From the NCBI GenBank assembly GCA_008080735.1, contig SHMW01000076.1, positions 1-20,835 of the forward strand: a DNA stretch of 20,835 nt. Reading direction: 5' to 3'. This DNA is from Promethearchaeota archaeon. Lineage in GTDB: Archaea; Asgardarchaeota; Lokiarchaeia; Sigyniarchaeales; SOKP01. The notes beneath the pieces were generated by a model, which had not been told where the DNA came from, ran no database searches, and saw nothing but the letters and a program-made list of their open reading frames with translations. Shown piece after piece: positions 1 through 8,841 of this stretch. Both the position numbers and the translations under genes were made by a program. Within the stretch, counting starts at the first letter, position 1. Every line of letters begins with the position of its first letter.

Positions 1-126
1 CCTATGTGTAGTAGTAGTAAATAATACCGATTCACGCAAGTGTTGAGGTCAAAAGAGATGTGCACTCCAAATGCATACTTATTACTACTTAATTTATCTT
101 GAAAGAATAAGAGCATTGATAGACTC

Positions 127-1698
127 TTGAACTATAAAACTGATTTTTTGGTTATTGGTGGTGGTATTTCGGGACTCTCGTTGGCGATTAAGCTTGCCCA
201 ACTTGCTCCTAATGAGCGAATTCTCTTAATCACTAAAGAAGAATTACATGAATGTAATACATATTATGCGCAAGGTGGGATGGCTTGTGTGTGGGATGAA
301 GGAGATAGTTTTGAAAAACATATCCAAGACACATTAAGGGCTGGTGATGGTCTCTGCAATGAAAAAATCGTCAGAGAAATTCTCACTCAAGTTCCCAAAC
401 GGATGCAAGAACTGATTGAGTGGGGTGTACAATTTAGTAAAAATGATGATGGAACCTATGATTTAGGCCGAGAAGGAGGGCATTCTGAACGGAGGATCCT
501 TCATGTAGATGACCTCACCGGACAATATGTTGAGGAAACCCTCATTAAAAAAGTTAAAGAATATGAAAATATTAAAATCAGAGAAAATTTTTGCGCAATC
601 AATCTGTATGCGAAAAACCTCAAATGTCGTGGGGTATATGTATTGGACCAGACAAGCGACGAGATCTATAATATTTCAGCTAAGGCAACAATTCTGGCAA
701 CTGGAGGTGCGGGAAAAATCTATCTCTATACTACCAATCCTGATGTTGCTTCAGGAGACGGGATAGCGATGGCTTACCGGGCGGGTGCGGAAATTGCTAA
801 TATGGAATTCTTTCAATTTCATCCCACATGTCTATATCATCCGTACGCAAAATCCTTCCTCATAACTGAGGCAATGAGAGGAGAAGGAGCTAAACTAAAA
901 GATATCAGAGGACATCAATTTATGGGGAAATATCACGAGATGAAGGAACTCGCACCCCGTGATATCGTATCGAGAGCGATTGACGCGGAACTCAAAAAAT
1001 CGGGAGACGACTATGTATATCTTGACATTGGCTCATACAGAGACGCAGAATTTATCAGAAATCATTTTCCTGGAGTCTATGAACAATGCTTAGAGTTTAA
1101 CATCGATATAACCAAAGAACCAATACCCGTTGTTCCCGCAGCACATTATTGTTGTGGAGGGGTAGTTGCAGATATCGATGGTTCCACAAAAGTTCAAAAC
1201 CTTTATGTAATTGGGGAATCCTCATGTACAGGACTTCATGGGGCTAATCGATTAGCGAGTAATTCATTAATTGAGGGATTAGTGTGTGCTTATAATTGTG
1301 CACAAACTCTTGTAAAGCAGAAAGATTCTTTAAAAATCAAAGAATTCGAACCGTGGGAACCCGGAAGTGCTATCCCCTCAACGGAAGCGGTGGTCATAAC
1401 CCAAAATTGGGAGGAGGTCAGAAGGTTCATGTGGAACTTTGTTGGGATAGTACGTACTGATCGCCGTCTCCAACGGGCTAAAAAGCGGATTAATTTAATT
1501 TTGGATGAGATCGAGCGATATTACTGGGATTTTAAGATAGAAAAGGATTTAATCGAGTTGCGAAATCTCGCTACAGTCGCAAAAATTATTATTGTTAGTG
1601 CGATTTCAAGGAAAGAAAGTCGAGGAATCCACTACAATGTGGATTATCCTGATAAAGCTAAGATTCCGCGTCCCACGATGATAGAACGACCGTGGTGA
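127..1698 (+). CDS. nadB: L-aspartate oxidase (NAD biosynthesis)
   Basis: 523 aa, TTG start. FAD motif VIGGGISG, NTYYAQGG, REGGHS.RRILH, QFHPT, LITEAMRGEGA, ELAPRDIVSRAI, PAAHYCCGG, TGLHGANRLASNSL, ESRGIHY: the NadB motif set. Confidence 0.95.
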   Translation: MNYKTDFLVIGGGISGLSLAIKLAQLAPNERILLITKEELHECNTYYAQGGMACVWDEGDSFEKHIQDTLRAGDGLCNEKIVREILTQVPKRMQELIEWGVQFSKNDDGTYDLGREGGHSERRILHVDDLTGQYVEETLIKKVKEYENIKIRENFCAINLYAKNLKCRGVYVLDQTSDEIYNISAKATILATGGAGKIYLYTTNPDVASGDGIAMAYRAGAEIANMEFFQFHPTCLYHPYAKSFLITEAMRGEGAKLKDIRGHQFMGKYHEMKELAPRDIVSRAIDAELKKSGDDYVYLDIGSYRDAEFIRNHFPGVYEQCLEFNIDITKEPIPVVPAAHYCCGGVVADIDGSTKVQNLYVIGESSCTGLHGANRLASNSLIEGLVCAYNCAQTLVKQKDSLKIKEFEPWEPGSAIPSTEAVVITQNWEEVRRFMWNFVGIVRTDRRLQRAKKRINLILDEIERYYWDFKIEKDLIELRNLATVAKIIIVSAISRKESRGIHYNVDYPDKAKIPRPTMIERPW

Positions 1699-1858
1699 CA
1701 TAGGATTACAACCTTTTCGCTAAAACCACAATTTTTTTCAATTCCCTAAATTGATTCTATTCCATAATCTCAAATATTTAGTTCTTAAGTATATCATTTA
1801 AATCAAAGCAATTCTTTAAAAATACCTAAAAATATGTGAAAATGTTTTTATCTTACTG

Positions 1859-3175
1859 ATGAACTTAATTCTACTAAGAGATAGGAAAGTCTTCTTATTA
1901 TTTATTCAACTAGCTTTAATCTCATTCGGTTTAGGTATGGCAAGATTGCTCTTACCATTCCAGATAGTTAATTTAGGGGGTGAGGAATATCTAGTTTCAG
2001 TAACCTCAGTACTTTATTCAATCGGTCAGATTTTAGGAATAATATTTTTATCAAAATTAAGTGAACGACGTAAATCGGAATTTGTGGTAACCACATTGCT
2101 ATGGATCTTGAGTTTACTTATCCTAACTATTCCCTTTTTACCCATATTTGTGATAGGAAGGTTTTTTGAGGGGTTAGGATATGGATTGCTCTTGGTGGGG
2201 ATCTTGAATTTTGCTGATAGAAATTATCAAGATGGTAAGGGGGAGGTCGTAGGAACCGTATTTGGAAGTATTTTTTTGGGAGGTGCAATAGGACAAGGTT
2301 TAGCGGGTTTTTTGGAAGACAAAATTGGGACTTTATTCCAATCCAGCATCTTCTCAGCGTTTCAAATGCTCATGTTTGTTGGAATAACTCTTTCATTTGT
2401 CTCTCTTCTCATTTCGTTTATGAATTATGAACAAGAGAAGAAATTTAAGATCTTCAAAATGGAAAGGATAGAGCTCCCTCATCTTCATTTGAAAAACATT
2501 AAAACAATATTGGGATTTGCTCCATTTACTTTCTTGTTTCTCATATACGTATTCTATGACTTTTCCCACGGAATTTATACCCCTAACTTAGCGCTTGTCC
2601 TTGCATCAAATACTTTAACAAAAACACAAATATCTATTGTATATTTTACGGGAGATGCTATTTTAGGGTTGTCTCAAATAGTTACTGGACGTCTAGTTGA
2701 TAAACTCGGGTCATGGATACTAATTTTTCTGAGTTTAGCGATTAAAGGATTAGCTGTCTTTTTCTATGATTTGTTTTATTTATGGACATTAGTTTTAGTA
2801 CTTTTTATAGTTGTTGGAATTGGAGAATCATTAATTGAACCAGCAAGAAATATAGCAATTTTGGAAATTGAAAATCGCTTCGATGTAGGATTACTTGATA
2901 GTTATTCGGAACATTCTCACAGACATCTAAATATTTCATTCAGCAAGGGACAGGGCTTTACTTTTGGAGCACACACTCATATGCATGAGCATATCCCCAA
3001 CAGAGAATCCATAATCTCTTGGTTACAACTGACCAGTATTATCTCATACGGTTCAGGCGGCTTCATTGGAAGTATTATTCTCACATTTGGTGGTAGTGCT
3101 GAACTGCTAATTTATATCGGTGCGATAATTTTACTTTTTGGTTCTATAATCTCTCTGTTTGGAAGATTGAGGTAA
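1859..3175 (+). CDS. Major facilitator superfamily transporter with His-rich loop
   Basis: 438 aa with about 12 hydrophobic segments in 6+6 arrangement; motif-A-like SKLSERR and GRLVDKLG, motif-B-like GRFFEGLG. Confidence 0.85.
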   Translation: MNLILLRDRKVFLLFIQLALISFGLGMARLLLPFQIVNLGGEEYLVSVTSVLYSIGQILGIIFLSKLSERRKSEFVVTTLLWILSLLILTIPFLPIFVIGRFFEGLGYGLLLVGILNFADRNYQDGKGEVVGTVFGSIFLGGAIGQGLAGFLEDKIGTLFQSSIFSAFQMLMFVGITLSFVSLLISFMNYEQEKKFKIFKMERIELPHLHLKNIKTILGFAPFTFLFLIYVFYDFSHGIYTPNLALVLASNTLTKTQISIVYFTGDAILGLSQIVTGRLVDKLGSWILIFLSLAIKGLAVFFYDLFYLWTLVLVLFIVVGIGESLIEPARNIAILEIENRFDVGLLDSYSEHSHRHLNISFSKGQGFTFGAHTHMHEHIPNRESIISWLQLTSIISYGSGGFIGSIILTFGGSAELLIYIGAIILLFGSIISLFGRLR

Positions 3176-3322
3176 TTAAATCATGGTATATCTAAAGAGC
3201 ACCTTGATAATATGAAAAAAAGCATCTCTTATATCTTTAAGATTAGATTTGTTAATTCAATAAGCTAATATTTTAAAATAAAGATTACTCATTATTCTAC
3301 CTAATTATAGAAATCATCAAAA

Positions 3323-3736
3323 ATGGACAATTTAAGATTAAAAAGATATAAAAATAAAATTAATTACATCTTGGACAATATGGAGGATCTTCCATTAATT
3401 CCAGAGAATACCTTGGAGAAAAAAGGTATCTTTTATTCTCTCCAGACATCTATTGAATCCACCGTAGATTTGGTTGCTATGTTAGTAAAAGACCTATCTA
3501 TACCCGTAAAAGATGATTATACAAATATAAAAAAGATTATTGATTTAAGAAACATTGACCCTTCATTAGGAGAGAAACTGATAAAAGCCAATGGACTAAG
3601 AAATATTTTAGTAGATAGATATAATTCAATTGAAGACGAAATTATTTTGAATAGTGTTTCAGATATAAAAGATTTATTATATCAATGGTTAGACATAATT
3701 GAGGGATGCTTAATTGAGATTAAAAACGATGAGTAA
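3323..3736 (+). CDS. HepT-like (DUF86) HEPN ribonuclease toxin; catalytic His apparently replaced by Asp
   Basis: 137 aa; LQTSIES..DL and GLRNILVDRY resemble the DUF86 GxRNxLVHxY motif; overlaps a downstream minimal nucleotidyltransferase gene. Confidence 0.88.
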   Translation: MDNLRLKRYKNKINYILDNMEDLPLIPENTLEKKGIFYSLQTSIESTVDLVAMLVKDLSIPVKDDYTNIKKIIDLRNIDPSLGEKLIKANGLRNILVDRYNSIEDEIILNSVSDIKDLLYQWLDIIEGCLIEIKNDE

Positions 3737-4130
3737 AATTAAAAAAGATTTGAGAGAACTTAAAGGGAGATTTGATACAATAATATTTGGGTCTTATTTG
3801 GAAGATGCAATGAGACCAAGTTCGGATATAGATATTGGAATTATTACATACAAATCAAAGATGAATGAGAATATTGAAATTCAAAAGGAATTGCTTGGGA
3901 AGTTCCCCCTCATTTATGATATTAGAGTATTTGAGTTATTCCCAATAGATATCAAAATTCAAATTATAAAAAATTATGAAGTTCTTTTTGGGGATATCTT
4001 AGAAATATCAGAATATTTTTATATATTTAGAAAAAAATGGGATGATATAAAATATCGAATCTTAGAAAATCAATTTTCAAGTTTTCAAGAGAGATTGTCC
4101 CTTATGAAAAAGTATTCGAAATCAGAATGA
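3729..4130 (+). CDS. Minimal nucleotidyltransferase (MNT/MntA-like antitoxin)
   Basis: IFGSYLEDAMRPSSDIDI = GS-x10-DxD. ATG at 3729 overlaps the HEPN gene end by 8 nt and is a more likely start than TTG at 3714. Confidence 0.88.
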   Translation: MSKIKKDLRELKGRFDTIIFGSYLEDAMRPSSDIDIGIITYKSKMNENIEIQKELLGKFPLIYDIRVFELFPIDIKIQIIKNYEVLFGDILEISEYFYIFRKKWDDIKYRILENQFSSFQERLSLMKKYSKSE

Positions 4131-4152
4131 CAAAATTGAACACACTCAATCA

Positions 4153-6279
4153 TTATTTACCTTCTAATAACTCATCGGCGGTACAAAATCCGGACTCCTT
4201 ATTCGGTTTGGGCTTGATTTTTACCGACGACTTCCGATAAACCTTAGGATCCAACTCTTCAACGAAAAGAGATAGGTCTGCAGTTTGATACCCTCTCCAC
4301 GATTGTAAAAGAGCAGGCGAGATCAAGTAGAGTTGGTCTTTAGCCCGAGTAATTGCGACATAAAATACTCGTCGTTCTTCCTCGATAGCTTCTTGATCTC
4401 CTTTTACCCTACTGGAGGGAAAAAAATTCTGACAGAGCATTGGAATGAACACCGCCCGCCATTCCAAACCTTTTGCTCTATGGATGGTAGAGATCACAAC
4501 AGGCTCCTCTATCTCACTTTTATTTCCTGCTAACACGGTCTTAGATTCGATATTATTTCTGTTCAAGCTCAATGTTTCTAAAAATTGTTGGACGGTTGCA
4601 TAATTTTGGGAATAGATAGCTAATTCTTTCAAATCCTCTAATCGCTCGTCCGAATTTTCATAGGTACTTTTGATATAATCCTTAATCAGTTTATTGATTT
4701 CATTCAAAATTTCTGAAGGATTATCATTCGAAGAGAAATTTCGAAGGGAAGTGATATGATTAAGTAGATTTCTGCTCCCTTTACTGGGTATACGCTCCCC
4801 CTTCATAGTAATACTGAAAAACCCCTTCTCAAACAATTTCTCCAAGGGAGCCTCTGATTGTGAAATTTTAGAAAAGATTTTTGCTCCCGATGTTTTCCCT
4901 AGATCTGGGATCATCTTAAAAATTCTGGACCACGCAATTTCATCAAATGGGTTTTCAATTATTCGTAAATGGACTAATGCGTCCTTTATATGAGCTTTTT
5001 CAAAAAATCCGACTCCCGCTCTCACCACATAAGGAATATTTCTTGCTTGGAGTTCTTGTTCAATTTTTAAAGAATGCCTACCTGCGCGGCACAAAATTGC
5101 AATTTGATTGAGTTTATAACCTTCCTCTCTTAAGCGTAAGATTTGATTCGCAATGAATTTTGCTTGCTCTTCTCCATCTGCTACGTTTACTAAGAAAGGT
5201 TGAGCTCCTGAAGGTCTGGTTGGCTTCATTTCTTTTTGATGTTGGAATTGATTATGTCTTATTGAATCATTTGCGAGGGTTAAAATCTCTGGAACACTCC
5301 GATAATTATAGGTTATCTTATATTTCTTACAATCCTTATACATATCTTCAAAATCTAATATATTTTTAAAATTAGCACCTCGAAAGGCATAAATACTCTG
5401 AGCATCATCCCCAACAACCATTATATTCCTTTCCGGATTCAATCTTGCTATTTTATGAATGATCTCTGCCTGAATATGATTAGTATCCTGATATTCATCC
5501 ACAAGAATATATTTAATCTTTCTTGCAATCATCCGTGCGACAATTTTCTCATCTAATAGACGATTCCAGAACAGCAGTAAATCATCGAAATCAAGTAGCC
5601 CATCTTCTTCTTTTTTCTTTTCATATCTGGTATATGCTTTTTTTAGTTTTTTTTCTATTTTATCATCATCAAAATCGGAATACTTCCAGAGGATTACTTC
5701 TCGTATCGTCTTATCGCAGTTAATGGAATAGGAGAGAATATTTTTTGCCATTTTTGAGGTAGGAAAACGTTCTTCCATCTCTGAGACTCCAACTTTATCC
5801 ATAGCTAATCTCATCAAGGCACGAGCATCCGTCTCATCCATAATATTATAATTAGGCTTTAATCCCAATGTTTGAGAATAACGACGAATAAAACGATTTG
5901 CCATAGAGTGAAATGTACCCGCCCAAATTCCTTTCGGTCTTTTTCCTAATAGAAGTTCCACTCGTTTTATCATCTCTTTGGCAGCTTTATTTGTGAAAGT
6001 GACAAGCATAATTTCGTTCGGATGTACCCCAGAGGTTAGCAATTTAGCAACAGCGTAAGTAATTGTTCGAGTTTTCCCAGAGCCCGCCCCCGCAATTATT
6101 AGCATTGGACCTTTTATATTATTAATGATTTTAAGCTGTTCATCGTTTAAATTTTCTTCAAATTTTACATCATTATATTTGTTTGGCATTGAAGAAGCTT
6201 CTGCTTCGAAATTTTGTTCCATATCTTCATAAAACTCGAATACATACTCTTCCTCTGTGTGATCTTTCCCATTTTTCAT
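4153..6279 (-). CDS. UvrD/PcrA/Rep-family SF1A DNA helicase
   Basis: 708 aa; LNDEQ, AGAGSGKT, TFTNKAA, GTFHS, VDEYQD, VGDDAQSIYAFRGA, NYRS, STIHRAKGLEW, EERRVFYVAITRAK. Confidence 0.96.
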   Translation of the reverse strand: MKNGKDHTEEEYVFEFYEDMEQNFEAEASSMPNKYNDVKFEENLNDEQLKIINNIKGPMLIIAGAGSGKTRTITYAVAKLLTSGVHPNEIMLVTFTNKAAKEMIKRVELLLGKRPKGIWAGTFHSMANRFIRRYSQTLGLKPNYNIMDETDARALMRLAMDKVGVSEMEERFPTSKMAKNILSYSINCDKTIREVILWKYSDFDDDKIEKKLKKAYTRYEKKKEEDGLLDFDDLLLFWNRLLDEKIVARMIARKIKYILVDEYQDTNHIQAEIIHKIARLNPERNIMVVGDDAQSIYAFRGANFKNILDFEDMYKDCKKYKITYNYRSVPEILTLANDSIRHNQFQHQKEMKPTRPSGAQPFLVNVADGEEQAKFIANQILRLREEGYKLNQIAILCRAGRHSLKIEQELQARNIPYVVRAGVGFFEKAHIKDALVHLRIIENPFDEIAWSRIFKMIPDLGKTSGAKIFSKISQSEAPLEKLFEKGFFSITMKGERIPSKGSRNLLNHITSLRNFSSNDNPSEILNEINKLIKDYIKSTYENSDERLEDLKELAIYSQNYATVQQFLETLSLNRNNIESKTVLAGNKSEIEEPVVISTIHRAKGLEWRAVFIPMLCQNFFPSSRVKGDQEAIEEERRVFYVAITRAKDQLYLISPALLQSWRGYQTADLSLFVEELDPKVYRKSSVKIKPKPNKESGFCTADELLEGK

Positions 6280-6288
6280 AATTTAAAT

Positions 6289-6293
6289 CCTCC
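6289..6293 (-). promoter_or_regulatory. Shine-Dalgarno-like GGAGG for the helicase gene
   Basis: Minus strand reads ctGGAGGatttaaattATG, a 9 nt spacer to the ATG at 6279. Confidence 0.55.
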
Positions 6294-6365
6294 AGAAAAT
6301 TCTTTCAAGAAGATAATTAGTATTAGTATAAAAATATAGTGAGGGTGAAGATTGATTGTTAATTG

Positions 6366-6373
6366 TATATAAA
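6366..6373 (-). promoter_or_regulatory. Candidate archaeal TATA box (TTTATATA) with purine-rich BRE-like upstream bases
   Basis: Minus strand GAACAGA-TTTATATA in the divergent intergenic region upstream of the helicase. The AT-rich background lowers specificity. Confidence 0.3.
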
Positions 6374-6615
6374 TCTGTTCTCCTTGAATTATAAAATCAA
6401 TGAATTTTTGAGATATTTTTTGCGTTCTAAATATATTGCATAATGAAAAAATCCATTTATTATTAATTAAGATACGAATCTAAGCCAAAATATTTATTAT
6501 CGGGGAAATACCAATAGAATGGTAAAAGATTATTATTTACGCTTCATTCTTTTCATTATACATCAATTAAGTAAAAGATGTAAATATTCGAATAATACAA
6601 AAAAAGGAAGCAAAT

Positions 6616-7419
6616 ATGTCTGAAATTGGTAAAGCAATCCGAATAGAGCGAATAATCGATAGAAAATCGAGAAGAGCCATTATTATTCCAATGGACCATG
6701 GGTTAACTTTAGGTACTATAAATGGTTTGGAAGATATGGCAGAAATGGTCGATAAAGTTGCTCTAGGCGGTGCAAATGCGGTTTTAGAACATTCAGGAAT
6801 GGTAGGAGCAGGACATCGTCAACATGGAAAAGATATTGGATTAATTATCCATTTATCCGGAGCTACCAAATTAGCAGTCGATCCAAACAAAAAGGTTATA
6901 GTGTGTAGTCCCGAACGAGCATTAAAATTGGGGGCAGATGCCGTTTCAATACATATCAATATTGGAGCAGATGATGAACCAGAAATGTTTCAAGATTTCC
7001 AACGTGTAGTTGAATCTTGTAGGGAGTGGAATATTCCACTCTTAGCAATGATGTATCCAAGAGGGAGGAAAATAGAAGATGAAAACGATCCCGAAGTGGT
7101 AAACATCGCGGTTCGCGCTGGAGCCGAACTTGGAGCGGATATTGTTAAAACTAACTATACGGGGGATATTGCCTCTTTTAAATATATAGTTGAGGGAGTT
7201 GATATTCCTGTTATTATCGCGGGTGGGCCAAAAATGGATACTACAGAAGATTTACTACAGATGGTATATGACTCCATCCAGGCAGGGGGGTCTGGAGTTG
7301 CGTTTGGCCGTAATGTTTTTCAAGCGAAAGATCCTACGAAGCTTGTCAGAGCTATTGCCGAGATTGTCCATAAGGAGCGCAGTGTAGAAGACATTATTAA
7401 AGAATATGATTTTGATTAA
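6616..7419 (+). CDS. Class I DhnA-type aldolase, probably 2-amino-3,7-dideoxy-D-threo-hept-6-ulosonate synthase (AroA'/MJ0400 family)
   Basis: 267 aa; [44 protein letters not shown] (Schiff-base Lys), IAGGPK, GRNVFQ. Confidence 0.85.
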   Translation: MSEIGKAIRIERIIDRKSRRAIIIPMDHGLTLGTINGLEDMAEMVDKVALGGANAVLEHSGMVGAGHRQHGKDIGLIIHLSGATKLAVDPNKKVIVCSPERALKLGADAVSIHINIGADDEPEMFQDFQRVVESCREWNIPLLAMMYPRGRKIEDENDPEVVNIAVRAGAELGADIVKTNYTGDIASFKYIVEGVDIPVIIAGGPKMDTTEDLLQMVYDSIQAGGSGVAFGRNVFQAKDPTKLVRAIAEIVHKERSVEDIIKEYDFD

Positions 7420-7479
7420 AATTTCCAATAAGAGATCTTGAATAGATCTTTGAAAAGATATGTAAATTGAATTGAGGAA

Positions 7480-8808
7480 ATGAGTTCTAATATGTCGCAA
7501 GAAGTGAATGAAGATAAATTATATCCTTTATTTCTTAAAAAACTGAAAAATATTGAAAATAAGGAAATTCTCAATGGGAAAAAAAAACCTAAAGATAGTC
7601 AGGACTATCATAGAATAGTGATCAGTTTTGAGACCTTGGAAAACAGAGATACTTTTTTGTGTGAGAATGAAGATTTTTCGGTTTTAGATACCTTCCAATT
7701 AATTCCTTCAGTCATCTCGTTACAGCCCCTCCCAAAAATTAAGAATTTATCTAAGAATCCGCTTATAAGAAGGATTGAAGAAGATCAAGTGCTTCACCTA
7801 AATAATAATGATATTGGTAAGCCATTAGGTCTTAACCGCTTAAAGACGTCTCAATTCAATTTTACGGGAAAAAATGTAAATATTGGAATTATAGATACGA
7901 AAATTCAGAGTTATTATGAATCATTTTATCAGTCGAAGCTAAGAGGGCACTATAGAAATCAGACAGAAGGTTCCAAAAAAAATTATAGAATATCTGAAGA
8001 TATATCCCATGGCACACTCATAGCAAATATTCTCATCAACCAGCTTAAAAATAGGGATGAGATAAGACTTGGAATTGCTCCAGATGCGAATATTTATGAT
8101 CTCAGTATATCAAATAACCGAAGAAAGACTTATTTTTCGGACATTATAATGATTTTTGATAGGATTAGTGAGGATTACATACCATTAGATATTATCCTAA
8201 TTTCATTTTCCACTTCTGAACCTTCAGATGGGGAGGATATCTTATCAAACGCTTGCAATTTGCTGATCGAGCAACAGGGAATAATAATAGTTGCACCTGC
8301 CGGCAATATAGGTCCAAAACCAGCATCCATTACTAGCCCTGGAGCTGCATCAAAAGTTATTACTGTGGGTAGTCTTGAAGAGAACGGGAAAATTTCCAAG
8401 TTTTCAGCAAGAGGGCCAACCTTGTCTGGGATTTCTAAGCCAGATATATATTTTCCAGGGGCAAAAATTGGGATAAAATTAGAAAGGAATCATACATTTA
8501 ACGTCTCTGGGACCAGTATTGCGGCTGCAATCGCAACTGGAATAATTGCACTGATAAAAGAATATGATAGAGGGCTAGAAACCGAGGAGATTAAAGAAAT
8601 ATTCAGTAAATACCAGAGAGATTATAGTAGAGGAATAGATCTTCCACGGCTTTTTAATAATTACTGCATATATTCACCCAAACTAGTTCCCTATAAATAT
8701 TTACTAAAGCGATCAATATGGATTTCTATTCAAATTATCATAATCCTTCTTTTGGTTTTTTTCTGGAAGGATATTTATAACCTTATTCGTATTATTTACG
8801 GTTTTTAA
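7480..8808 (+). CDS. S8 subtilisin-like serine peptidase with I9-like prodomain and C-terminal transmembrane helix
   Basis: Triad IGIIDT / SHGT / SGTSIAA, oxyanion PAGN, SITSPG, FSARGP, KPDI; hydrophobic tail IWISIQIIIILLLVFFW; GAGG just upstream of the ATG. Confidence 0.88.
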   Translation: MSSNMSQEVNEDKLYPLFLKKLKNIENKEILNGKKKPKDSQDYHRIVISFETLENRDTFLCENEDFSVLDTFQLIPSVISLQPLPKIKNLSKNPLIRRIEEDQVLHLNNNDIGKPLGLNRLKTSQFNFTGKNVNIGIIDTKIQSYYESFYQSKLRGHYRNQTEGSKKNYRISEDISHGTLIANILINQLKNRDEIRLGIAPDANIYDLSISNNRRKTYFSDIIMIFDRISEDYIPLDIILISFSTSEPSDGEDILSNACNLLIEQQGIIIVAPAGNIGPKPASITSPGAASKVITVGSLEENGKISKFSARGPTLSGISKPDIYFPGAKIGIKLERNHTFNVSGTSIAAAIATGIIALIKEYDRGLETEEIKEIFSKYQRDYSRGIDLPRLFNNYCIYSPKLVPYKYLLKRSIWISIQIIIILLLVFFWKDIYNLIRIIYGF

Positions 8809-8841
8809 AATAATAGAATAAAATAAATCTGAAATTTTCTT

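Noticed and set aside
13-89. AGTAGTAA (13-20) / TTACTACT (82-89) inverted repeat upstream of nadB, as a possible riboswitch or operator
   Set aside because: Only 8 bp, low complexity, widely spaced and at the window edge; no recognisable RNA family motif.
3176-4152. HEPN-MNT pair as a mobile element (very AT-rich)
   Set aside because: No transposase, integrase, terminal inverted repeats or target duplication seen.
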